From the NCBI RefSeq assembly GCF_963921235.1, contig NC_086109.1:9984001-10048000 (forward strand): DNA of 64,000 nucleotides, written 5' to 3'. Both the position numbers and the translations under genes were made by a program. The notes below the pieces were generated by a model that saw only the letters and a list, made by a program, of their open reading frames with translations, was not told the origin of the DNA and ran no database searches. This DNA comes from Mobula hypostoma (taxonomy: Eukaryota). Below, piece by piece: positions 52,206 to 64,000 of this stretch; positions within the stretch are counted from its first letter, which is position 1, and the number at the start of each line of letters is the position of its first letter.

Positions 52206-55200
52206 AGTACATATGGTTCAAAGCTACTCAGAATACTCCAAGTGTGATCTGACCAATGCCTTTTAAAGCCTCAGCATTACATGTTGCTTGTATATGATTG
52301 GAGCTTTGTGATCTAATGACGGTAAGCAAACAATGTACAGCTGTGTGCATCACACGGTACAACAGGGCAGAACAAATACTAGCTTTGGTATGCGGATAGA
52401 AACTCAGCATTCAGATGACCTCAGTGGCCTGAACTTGATCACTCTGTGCCTCGTGGCAATATGTTTGCTGTCTGGGAAACGTAATGAAAGCTTAGATCAA
52501 ACTGAAGACCAATATAAATGGAACAACACACACAAAATGCCGGAAGAACTCAGCAGGTCAGGCGGCACCTATGGAAATTAATTAACAGTCAGTGTTTCAG
52601 GCTGAGACCCTTCGACAGGACTGGAAAGGAAGGGGGAAGAAGCCAGAATATGAAGGTGGAAGGAATACCAGATAGCAGATGATAGGTGAGACCAGCTGAG
52701 GGGGGAAGGTGAATGGGTGGGGAGGGAGGATGAAGTGAGAAGCTGGGAGGAGATATGTAGTTGAATTAAAGGGTTGAAGAAGAAGGAATCGGATAGGAGG
52801 GGAGAGTGGACCATGGGAGTAAAGGGAAGAAGGAGGAGAACCAGAGGGAGGTGATGGACAAGTGAGGAGAAGACAACGAGTGAGATGATAACCAGAATGG
52901 GGATTGCAAAAGTAAGAAGGGGAAGATGGAAAAATTATTGAAAATTAGAGAAGTTGGTGTTCATTGTAAATAGAATTTGAGAAAATGTGTTTTTGAGCTG
53001 AACAATTCAACACGGAGATTCTGTGAGGGAGCTGCTTGTAAGCTGTGCTCTCACACCCCCTTTTCTTCAATCTGCCTTATCTGGATCCAGCTGACTATCT
53101 ATCCTGGACCGTAGTGACAAGCCCCCACTCTCCCCCAACCCCCACACCCCACTCTTTTATTCTGACTGTCTCCCCTCTTTCTCTCCAGCCCTGTTGAAGG
53201 GTCTCGACCTAAAACGCTGACTGTGCATTTCCCACCCCTGATGTTGCCTGACTGGCTGAGTGCCTCCAGATTTTTGTGTTTTGCTCTCCATTGTGAGTGC
53301 CCCTGCCCACTAACTTCCTCTGCAAGGCTCAGGTCTGCCACCTGTCAAAGCTGTCCAGCCCTTCCAGTGCCTCCACAGGTCCCAGACTTTCAGAAAGTTT
53401 TAAAAACAATTTGAAATCATATTAAGAACTATCTTTGGAAGAAAATAAAGAGTTGATATTTTTATTGCCATCCCTAGTCCTTATGAAGGGTCTGAAATAT
53501 TGAATGTTTATTCCTCTCTGCCTGGCCTGCTGAGTTCCTCCAGCACTTTGTATGTTTTGGATGGTGGTGAATATTGGTAGCTCGGGTGGAGGTTGTGGAG
53601 TTCGCCGAGCTTGGCAATTAGCTTGCAGACGTTTCATCACCAGTCAAGGTGACATCCTCAGCGCACAGTTGTTGGTGTTTCTCTCTGGGAGTGCTCACAT
53701 TTATATAGGCTCCCATTTGCGTGTGTGTGTAACAAACAGAGTACAGAATTAAATGTTAAAGTTAGAGCCAGATGCAGTGCAGGTCAAAAATAAGGCACAA
53801 GGGCCATGGCGAGATAGATTGTGAAGTCAGGGGTTCATTTTTAACGTTCAAAATATCCGTTAAAGAGTATAGCACGGTAGCGAAGAGTAAACACGATGCT
53901 TTACAGTGCCAGCGATGTGGGTTCGATTCCCACCGCTGCCTGTAAGGAGTTTGTACGTTCTCCCTGTGACCGCATGAGTTTCCTCCGGGTACTCCAATTT
54001 CCTCCCACATTCCAAAGATGTACGGTTTAGGGTTCGTAATTTGTGGGATTGCTATGTTGGTACAGCACTTACGGGCTGCCCCCCGCCCCCCCCAGCACTT
54101 CCTTGGACTGTGTTGGTTGGTGACGCAAATGACGCATTTCACTGCATGTTTTGACCTACATGGACCAATAAAGATAATCTTAGAAGATTAGTTTAACCTT
54201 CAAACAGCAATACTGAAGTTGTCCCTCAGCACTTCAGCAACTTTACAAACGCAGGTTAGGCTGCATGTATAGTGTGCAGTTGAGGTTGTTACACCATGGG
54301 AGGGATGTATTGGACAGAGTGCCAAGGAGATCCACTGGGACGTTGCCTGGAATAGAAGGCTTTATTTATAGAGAGAGATTGGAAAAGATTTGCCATAGAA
54401 GCTATTGGGTATATTTAAATTGGAGGTTGATAGATTCTTGATTGGTAAGGGCATCAAAGTTTACAGAGAGAAGGCAGGATGTGAGATTGTGAGGGAAAAT
54501 AAAGCAGCCACAATGGAATGGAAGAGCAGACTTGATGGGCCAAGGGGCCCAATTCTGCTCCTCTATCTTATGGTCTTATATCATGGAGTGATACAGCAGT
54601 GAAACAGGCTATTTGGCCCATCATATCGACATGGACCACTCATCCATATTAATGCCATCTTTCAGTACTTGATCTGTACCCTTCAACATCTGGATGATTC
54701 AATGGCTCGCCAACACACTTTCCATATACTGTCCCATCCTGCGAGCCAATCCAGGGTTTCAAAGGCGTCCCACCACTTGACTGCCACCAACTGGCAGGAA
54801 GTGGAAGGACAAGTTCTCATTTATTTTTCCCTTTCTCCCCAAACTCTGAGCAGGCCCGCCACAGGACTTGATAACTGGTCTGTACTTGCGGGTGGATACG
54901 CACCACTAGGGAGGAGAGCAGGGGATTATCTCCCCCCTGTCATGTTTCAGCCAACAGTTATCCTTAACCAGATCACCCAGGGGGAAAGAAATTATCTGGT
55001 CATCATTACAGAATCACACAAAGCAGGTCAGGCAGCATCTGTGGAGGGGATGGACAGCTGACATTTTGGGCAGCGACCCTTCATCGGGACTGGAAAGGAT
55101 AGGAACAGAAGCCAGAATAAGAAGGTGGGTGGAGGGTGGGAGGGGGGAGGTGGGTAAGGAGTACAAGCTACACACACAAAATACTGGAGGAACTCAGCAG

Positions 55201-55675
55201 GCCAGGCAGCATCAATGGAAAAGAGTACAGTCAACATTTCAGGCCACAACCCTTTGTGTGTGTGTGTTGTTTGGATTTCCAGCATCTTCAGATTTTCTCT
55301 TGTTTGTGGAAGGATTACAAGTTGGCAGGTGATAGGTGAGAACAGGTGAGGGGGAAGGTGGGTGGTTGGGGGAGGGGGATGGTGTGAGAAGCTGAGAGGT
55401 GATAGGTGGAAGAGATGAGGAGAAGAGAAGGGGTGAGAGGGAAGGAAGCCTAAATGTCCATTGGAAAAAGAGAGAAGGAGGGAGGGGAAGCTTTTTAGGC
55501 AGAAACACGCTCTGACAGTCTCTCCGTCACCACAGGGACAACAGTTCAAACATTTATCAGACTGAAAATAGGCTTGGGGAGGGGTATCTCAAGGACCTAA
55601 AGCAAATGCTTGTATTTCCTTTGGGAGCATTATTAGTCCCAGATTTGTAAATTTAAAGGAGCCTACTTCCTTTCT

Positions 55676-56058
55676 GTGGGTGGCAGGGTAGAAATACATC
55701 TCTACAAAAGGAGGTGTAAAGCACTCCTCCCCTCCGCTAGCCTGCAGGTCACCCTTGGGCAAGGTATAGCAATTGCTTAGCCCGCCCGATCAGGGTCATC
55801 TGAAGCCATGGAAGCAGGTGGCGGATGGTCGTATGAGCAGCTGCTGCACATCACAAGTCCTGGTTATGCGACCACTGATGCCAGGTAGACAATCTCTGAA
55901 GAGTATTGATAACGGCTGGAGGTCACCCGTCTCGTAAAGACACTGCCCAGAAGCAGGCAGTGGCAAACCACTTCTGTAGAAAGATTTGCCAAGAACAATT
56001 ACGATCAAAGACATGATTGCCCACGTCATACGACACAGCACATATTGAACAAACAAAC
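55676..56058 (+). mobile_element. RTE-related SINE / non-autonomous element (copy 2)
   Basis: GAAGCAGGCAGTGGCAAACCACTTC..TTTGCC resembles the BovB/Bov-A/Sauria-type RTE segment; (AAAC)n tail. Confidence 0.7.
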
Positions 56059-56705
56059 TTTCTTTCTGAGGTGGGAGCGCTAGTGGAGATTGAGAAAGTG
56101 TCGGTTACACAGTAGATTTCAACCCTACTGGTTGGGAGTAGTCCTCCTCTGACTCAAGAATGGGGCAGGACTTGAATTCCTTCCCCACTGACCACTTCAA
56201 AGTCAAAGTAAATTTATTATCAAAGTACATATGTCACCATACACTACTTTGTTCCTTACAGGCATTCACAGGAAAATAAATAGATGTAATAACACTTATG
56301 AAAAATTATACATAAACTAAGACTGTCAAACAACCAATGTACAAAAGAAGACAAATTATGCCAATAATAAAATAAAAGTAAATAATGTTGAGAACTTGAC
56401 TTGAAGAGACCTTGAAAATGAGGCTATAGTTTGCAGAATCAGTTCAGTGTTGAGATGAGTGGTTCGGGAGTCTGATGGTTGAAGGTTAATAACTGTTCCT
56501 GATCCTGGTGGTGTGGGATCTGGGGTTCCTGTACTTCCTTCCTGGTAGGAGCAGCAAAAGAGAGAGTGTGGTCTGAATGATGGGGTCCATGACGATGATG
56601 GATGTTGCTCCTTATAAATGTGAACTTCCTGTAATTGTAAACATCAAGTGAAGGGTAATATTATTTCCACTTCAAAGCAACACAAGTCGGCAGTGCTGCC
56701 CTCTC

Positions 56706-57297
56706 TCATAAGACCATAAGATATAGGAGCAGAAATAGACCATTCAGCCCATCGAGTCTGCTTCGCCATTTCATCATGGCTGATCCCAGATCCCATTCAA
56801 CCTCATACACCTGCCCTCTCACCATATCCCGACCAATCATGAACCTATCAACTTCTGCTCTAAACATACCCACAGACTTGGCCTCCACTGCAGTCTGTGG
56901 CAAAGCATTCCACAGATTCACCAGTTTTTGGCTTAAAAAATATTCCTCCATACTTCTGTTCTAAAAGGTCACCTTTCAATTTTGAAGCTGTCCCCTCTCG
57001 TGCTGGATACCCCCACCAGAGGAAACATCCTCTCATCGTCCACCTTATCTAGTCCTTTCAACATTCAGTAGGTTTCGATGGGATCTCCACGGATTCCAGT
57101 GAGTACAGGCCCAAAGCTGCCAGACGCTCCTCATATGTTAACCCCTTCATTCCTGGAATCATCCTCATGAACCTCCTCTGGGATCTCTCCAGTGATATTA
57201 CATCGTTTCTGAGATATGGGGTCCAAAATTGTTGACAGTACTTCAAGTGCGGCCTGACTGGTGTCATATAAAGCTTCAGCATAATCTCCTTGTTTCG
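56706..57297 (-). mobile_element. CR1 3' fragment
   Basis: ORFs 57058..57306 and 56706..56951. Confidence 0.85.
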
Positions 57298-57697
57298 TGT
57301 TGTCATTCAGCAGGGAACTAGGCTCTTCCTTCCATCATGTATCAGGCTTTTCGGCCCATCATGTCCAGGATAACCACTGAGTATCATTTATACTAAACGT
57401 CCACTCACTTTATTCTCCCCAAATTCCCTGTAGCCCTCTCCCCTCCACGCATGCAGACACGCACAGACACACGCACACACAGATTCTACCCATGCACTGG
57501 GGATGATTCACAACAGCGAGTTAACCCACCAAACCACACGTCTTTGGGGTGTGGGAGGAAGCCTGTGCACCCAAGGTAATCTCACACAGTCACAGGGAAA
57601 ACATGCAGACTCCATATAGACAGTGTCAAAGGTCAGAATTAAACCCGAAGCTATGAGATAGCAACTCCTCTTGTTGCATCAATGTTATTTACACGTG

Positions 57698-58231
57698 ATA
57701 GAAACATAGAAACATAGAAAATAGGTGCAGGAGTAGGCCATTCGGCCCTTCGAACCTGCACCGCCATTCAGTACGATCATGGCTGATCATCCAACTCAGA
57801 ACCCTATACCTGTCTTCTCTCCATACCCCCTGATCCCTTTAGCCACAAGGGCCTTATCTAACTCCGTCTTAAATATAGCCAATGAACTGGCCTCAACTGT
57901 TTCCTGTGGCAGAGAATTCCACAGATTCGCCACTCTCTGTCTGAAGTAGTTTTTTCTCATCTCGGTCCTGAAAGGCTTCCCCTTTATCCTCAAACTGTGA
58001 CCCCTCATTCTGGACTTCCCCAACATCGGGAACAATCTTCCTGCATCTAGCCTGTCCAATCCCTTTAGGATTTTATACGTTTCAATCAGATCCCCCCTCA
58101 ATCTTCTAAATTCCAGAGAGTATAAGCCTAGTCGATCCAGTCTTTCATCATATGTAAGTCCTGCCATCCCAGGAATCAACCTGGTGAACCTTCTTAGTAC
58201 TCCCTCTATGGCAAGGATGTCTTTCCTCAGA
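57698..58231 (-). mobile_element. CR1 3' end, well preserved
   Basis: Open 127-aa ORF (LGLYSLEFRRLRGDLIETYKIL..); (CATAGAAA)n tail. Confidence 0.9.
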
Positions 58232-59529
58232 CCTCAGATTAGGTGATCTATTCCACCCACCGCTCAGAATATTTCCAGCCCTTTATCAGGGAAGTAATGT
58301 GATATTTCCCAGCGCTTGTGTCAATGTGAAATTATTAGGTCTAACAGCCCAAGACACGGGCGAGTAACAGTTAGATTACTGTTTTGATGGCTGATCTGGA
58401 TTTCTATTGTAATGCTTACAAAATTCTGCGGATCACAAGTTAGCAGCTCTATCTTGCAAATTTATGTGCTTTTCAGGGAGTGCGGTCTGTAGAAAGCAAG
58501 ATTGGAAAAGGCAGGTAGTGGAAGCTTGTACTGCTTGAGGGAACGTAGTCAGTGGTAGAGAGGGGCAGAGGTCAAATGAGAGAATGCTATAGGGTAGCCG
58601 AAAGCCTGGACTTCATCAGAGGTGGCAGAAGAAATCAAATGTGCAGAAGGTGTCAGAGTGCAGAGTTCAAGGAGGGTTGTAAGGCTGGAAGATGTCAGAC
58701 AAAGTAGGAAGCCAGCAGATATGAAAAGTCAAATATTGGTTTATTATGGTTGCTACATGTACCAAAGTACAGCAGAAACCTTGTCTTGCATACTATTCGT
58801 ACAAATCATTTCATTACAGCAGTTGAACAAAGTAAAACAATAACAATGCAGAATAAAGTATAACAGCTGCAGAGAAGGTGCAGTGCAGGTAGACAGTAAA
58901 GTGCAAGATCATAACAAGGTAGCTTGTGAGTTCAAGCGTCTATCTTATCATACAAGAGCACAATAGCAGTGGGATAGAAGCTGTTTCTTGCCATCATGGG
59001 CAGAGCAAATGCCATACCAAGTATGATAAATCCAGAAGTTGCTTCCGATGGTTCTTTGATAAAAGTTGCTGAGGGTCAATGCAGACGTGGAAAATTCCTC
59101 TCGCCTCCTGAGGAAGTAGAAGCATTGGTGAGCACATTCTTGACAATGTAATCTCTGGTTGGGCTAGGACAGACTACTGGTAATGGTCCCTTATAGGACC
59201 TTGAAGCTCTCGATCAACCCAACTTCTGCCCAATTGATGTAGACAGGAGAGTGCGCACCACAGTAGACCTTATCAACGCTGCCCCTGAATCTTATATATC
59301 CCAGCTCTCAGTTAGTCATCCCATCCAAATAACAGTGCCGTCTGGTCCATAAGTCAGCCTAACTTTCTGAGTTCCACTCTCAGGAGTGGACTTGGTCCCC
59401 AGAGTCTTGTGACTCAGGAGGTGAGAGTGCTACTCACTGAATTATAACTGGTAACTCAACTATAGCTACACAACTACCATTATATTTCACCCACACTTCT
59501 AAAAGCTCTGCTCTGTTGCTGCCCTCCAG

Positions 59530-59607
59530 GTTCCGGGTTCTGCAGCGATCTATATGAACGAGGACGTGTCAAGTGATGAAAACGATAACAACCGGGATTT
59601 GGAGCAG
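59530..59607 (+). CDS. slc26a9: SLC26A9-like penultimate coding exon J, VPGSAAIYMNEDVSSDENDNNRDLEQ
   Basis: ctgttgctgccctccAG / CAG|GTaaga; 78 nt; ends in DLEQ like the SLC26A9 APG...WDLEQ segment. Confidence 0.85.
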
Positions 59608-59764
59608 GTAAGAACCAGTGATACTTTCTGCTCCCACTGTTTATTCAGCATCAACTTACCTTCTCCACAAGAGTGGAGAGACTGTCCTTACCATCTACAA
59701 CACTGACCACTTAGACATCACACATCCAGAATTTGGAATTGTAAGTTGGGATTGATCTATTAAT

Positions 59765-61315
59765 GTCTGGAGTGTTCACTGAGATCTGTAACCTCTCGCT
59801 TCAGCAGTCTGAGGTATCTGCCTGCTTCAAGCAGGCTTCAATTATACCAGTGTCCAAGAAGAACGTGGTAGCCTGCCTCAATAACTATTATCCAGTAGCA
59901 CTTACGTCCACTGTGATGAAGTGTTTTGAGAGGTTGGTGATGAAACATATCGACTCCTGCTTGAGAAATGACTTGGATCTGCTCCAATTTGCCTACCAGC
60001 ACAACAGGTTCATAGCAGATGCAATTAGGTTGGCTTCTCACCCAACCCTGGAACATCTGGACAGCAAAGATGCATACATCAGGGTGTTCTTTATCGCCTA
60101 CAGATCAGCATTCAACACTATCATTCCTCAAAACTAATCACTAAACTTCAAGACCTTGGCCTCAATACCTCCTTGTGCAATTGGAACTTCGATTTCCTTA
60201 CTTGCAGACCTCAGTCAGTTTGGATTGGCGACATCTCCTCAATAATCTCCATCAACACAGATGCACAGGGCTATGTGCTTAGACCCGCTCTACTTGCATT
60301 ACACTTATGCCTGTGTGGCTAAGCACAGCTCCAATGCCATATTTAAGTCTGCTGACAACAACACTGTCATAGGCCAAAGCAAAGGTAGTGACGCATCAGC
60401 ATATAGGAGGGAGACTGAAAATCTGGCTGAGTGGTGCCACAACATCAACCTCTCACTCAGTATCAGCAAGACCAAAGAGCTGATTACCAGTCCTAATTGG
60501 GGGATCAGAGGTGGAAAGGGTCAGCAACTTAAAATTCCTCCGTGTTATCAGTTCAGAGGACCTGTCCTGGGCCCAGCACGTAAGTGTAATCATGAAGAAA
60601 GCACTCCAGTGTATCTACTTCCTTAGGAGTTTGTGAGGATTCAACATGGCATCTAAAACTTTGATAAACTTCTATAGATATGTGGTGGAGAGAAGATTAA
60701 CTGGTTGCACTCCAGCCTGGTATGGAAACACCAATATCTTTTAATGGAAAATCCTACATAAAGTAATGGATACAGCACAGTCCATCACCGGTGAAGCCCT
60801 CCCCACCATTGAGCACATCTACATGGATCACTGTCACAGGAAACCAACATCCATCATCGGGAACTCCCGCCACCCAGCTCACACTTTCTTCTCACTGCTG
60901 CCATTGGGAAGGAGGTAAAGAAGCCTCAGGAGTCACACCACCAGGTTCAGGAATAATTATTGCCCCTGAATCATCAGGCTCTTGAATCAGAGGGGATAAC
61001 TTTGCTTAACTTCACTTGCCCAATCACTGGACCGATCCCACAACCAATGGACTTACTTCCAAGGACTCATCCTCTCATGTTCTTGATATTTATTGCTTCT
61101 TTATTTATTATTATTATTTCTTTCTTTTTGTATTTGCTCAGTTTGTTGTCTTTTGCTCACTGGTTGAGTGCCCTTTTGGTGTGATCTTTCATTGATTATA
61201 CTGTGGTTACCAGATTTATTGAGTATGCCCACAAGAAAATGAATCTTATATGTGGTGACATACTGTATGTACGTTGATAATAAATTTACTTTGAACTTTG
61301 AGTTTTGAAATTTGA
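59765..61315 (+). mobile_element. Rex1/Babar LINE, RT to 3' end (degenerate)
   Basis: FKQASIIPVSKK..YYPVALTSTVMKCFERLV..LQFAYQ..SAFNTI; AATAAA then (CTTTGAA)n tail. Confidence 0.9.
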
Positions 61316-61546
61316 TGTATCAAGATAGAGTGAAAAGTTTGTCTTTCAAATTATTCCTACAAATCAAATCTTTGTATTAAGGTAGACAATATCAATGTAG
61401 AAAAAAGTGTAAAAGCTCCAGAGAAAGTGCAGTGCAGGTAAACAATAAGGTGTAAGTCCATGATGAGCTAGATCATGAGGTCAAGAGTTTATTTTATTGG
61501 AAAATATGGTTAGAGTTCAAAGTAAGTTCATCATCAAGTATGTATA

Positions 61547-62083
61547 TATTCAATAGTCACTTTATGAGGTACACATGTATATCTGCTCATTAGTTCAAAT
61601 ATCCAATCAGCCAATCATATGGTAGGAACTCAATGCATAAAGGTATGCAGACATGGTCCAGAGGTTCACTTGTTCTAACCAAACATCAAAATGGGGAAGA
61701 AATATGATCTAAGTCACTTTCACTGTGGAATGATTGTTGGTGCCAGATGGGGAGGTTTGATTATCTCAGAAACTGCTGATCTCCTGGGATTTTCACAAAC
61801 AACAGATTCTAGAGTTTATAGAGAATGGTGTGAAAACCAAAAATCATCTAGTGAGCAGCAGTTCTGTGGGCGAAAATGCCTTTTTACTGAGAGAGGTCAG
61901 AGGAGAATGGCCAGACTGGTTCAAGCTGACAGGAAGGCAACAGTAACTCAAATAAACACACATTACAAAAATAGTGTGCAGAAAAGCATCTCGGAATGCA
62001 CATTACAACCACAGAAAACCATAAAGTTCTCAGTGACCACTTTATTAGGTACAGAAGGTACTTCATGAAGTAGCCACTGAGTG
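61547..62083 (+). mobile_element. Internally deleted Tc1-like element (copy 2) with open N-terminal HTH frame
   Basis: ORF 61691..62068 MGKKYDLS..IVGAR..SETADLLGFS..SRVYREW..GRKC; TIRs and TA flanks. Confidence 0.85.
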
Positions 62084-63520
62084 TATGTCACCATGTACCA
62101 TATACTACTCTGAGATTCATTTTCAACATGCATTTTCATTTTATGGATTAGAATTCAATTCAATCTTCTTCCTCTCACCTTCATCTATGCTCCTTGGTTT
62201 TATTACCTGTACCAATGGCAAAAGCTTCTGACTATCCATGCCTTTCATAATATTGACAATCTGTTAGGTCACTCTTTAGCTTCCTTCAGAAAAAAATAAC
62301 CCAGCCTATCTGATTTATCACATTAGCTAACAATCACTAATTCAGGAAATATTCTGGTGAATCTCCTCTGCAACCTTTCCAGCATAACCACATCTTTCCT
62401 TTAGTGCAGTGACCAGGACTGTGCACAGTGCTCCAAGTGCAGACCACGTGTTTTGTAAAGTTGCAACGAAACATGCCAGTATTTGTATTTTTATTCCTGT
62501 GAAGGCAAGCGTATGATTTGCTTTCTTCACCAATCTATCTAGCCCTCAAAGTGGAGATTATTGTCATATACACAATTGTGTGTATGCGTAGGTGCAATGA
62601 AAATCCTACAGCAGCATCACACACATTCATGGCATCAGATAAGCAGCATTCACAAGAAAAGCATAAATTAAAAACAACTTTTTTTACAAGAAAGAACACT
62701 ATTAGGATAAAAAAAACCCTATTTTAGTGCAAAGTTATCAAAGTGGGAACAGTGTTGTCAAATACTATTAGGGTATTACTAGTTGGTTCAGAACCGAATG
62801 GTTGAAGGGAAGTAGCCGTTTTTGAACCTGGTAGTGTAAGACTTCAGGCTTCTGTACCTCCTGCCTGTTGACAAAATGTCAAAAAAAGAATGCATGGTCC
62901 AGATGGTGGGGATCTTTGATGATTTTGTGTTGCCACTTTCAAGGAACTATGGACTTGAACCTGAAGATCATCAACACTCCTTGGTGCCCTGCCATTTGCT
63001 GTGCATGGTCTACTGCTATTTGACTTCCCAAAATTTGCCACCTCTTGCTTGTTAGGATTAAATTCCATCTGCTAAAGCTCTCCAATTTATGACTTTCTAT
63101 TTCTGGGTTGAAGGCAATTCACTTTTAGGGAATGGATAGTTTTCCTTCAGGGAGTTGGTGTTATTTTTGGCATTTCCAATCAAACTTAACACAGTTAAAC
63201 TTAATTATTTTACTGTTTAACCCAACACCAACTTGAAAATGCTTACCCTTTCCACCTTTGACCGCTCAGTGAGGACTGGTGTGTTTTCTCCAAACCTCCC
63301 CTTGAAGAAGTCCACAATATGTTCCTTGATCTGGTTGAGTGCGAGCTTACTGTAGTAATACTACTCAGCCTGGCAATCTACCTCACTCCTCTCTGTTCCC
63401 TTGTCACCTTTGGAATCTTTACAAAGAAAAGGACCACTTACCAATGAAAAAAAATATACCCGGATTCACCAGTCCTATTGATGGTGTCCTTGTGTTATGA
63501 AGAGAGATTGAGTAGATTGA

Positions 63521-63682
63521 CGCAAACACAAGGAAATCTGCAGATGCTGGAATTTCAAGCAAGACACATAAAAGTTGCTGGTGAATGCAGCAGGCCAGGC
63601 AGCATCTCTAGGAAGAGGTACAGTCGACATTTCGGGCCAAGACTCTTTGTCCTGAAGTCTCGGCAACTTTTATGTGTGTTGC
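63521..63682 (-). mobile_element. PLE pLTR insertion with 13-bp TSD into CR1
   Basis: TTGAGTAGATTGA at 63508-63520 and 63683-63695. Confidence 0.82.
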
Positions 63683-64000
63683 TTGAGTAGATTGAAACTG
63701 TATTCTCTGGAGTTTAGAAAAATGAGAGAATATCCCATTGAAATTTCCGAATCTATTACAGAATCCAACATTCTAAGGGTGAGGCAATTTTTTCTCCTGG
63801 CCCTGGATTCTAGAACTAGGGGTCACGGATTCAAAATAAGAGATAAGGCTGTGGGGATTGAAGTGAAAAGGTATTTTTCATACACAGTAAATGTAATGAG
63901 GATTTATACACACCAAGAATAACTGCTGGTAGACTGTGGATCACCACTGCAGGACTTGTATATGTTTAGTACACAAAGAAACAGGCAGGAAAAAATTATT

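Noticed and set aside
58477..58514. Possible extra exon (ttttcAG..GGCAG|GTagtg)
   Set aside because: 38 nt would shift the frame between phase-0 exons I and J; no SLC26 similarity
59608..64000. Terminal slc26a9 exon with PDZ-binding end
   Set aside because: No convincing match found by eye; probably beyond the window

Overview
Eukaryotic, repeat-rich vertebrate DNA. The V-SINE, CR1, Penelope and Rex1 content suggests a cartilaginous fish such as a ray or shark (inference). The window lies inside one + strand gene, an SLC26A9-type anion transporter/chloride channel. I traced 10 internal coding exons by hand (5145-59607, all GT-AG, phase-consistent, 1095 nt = 365 codons, no stops), covering the last TM helices, the STAS domain with its intervening sequence, and most of the C-tail. 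I did not find the 5' exons or the terminal exon in the window. The introns are packed with decayed CR1, Rex1/Babar and L1 LINEs, tRNA-derived V-SINEs, an RTE-type SINE, Tc1 elements, hAT MITEs and many Penelope-like (PLE) fragments. The most interesting non-coding signal is about 20 PLE-borne minimal hammerhead-ribozyme motifs, several with intact cores. Two sense-strand copies in one intron have mutually complementary helix-III strands and could form a heterodimer. Almost all ORFs in the supplied track are TE remnants or noise. TE boundaries are approximate unless a target-site duplication (TSD) is quoted.
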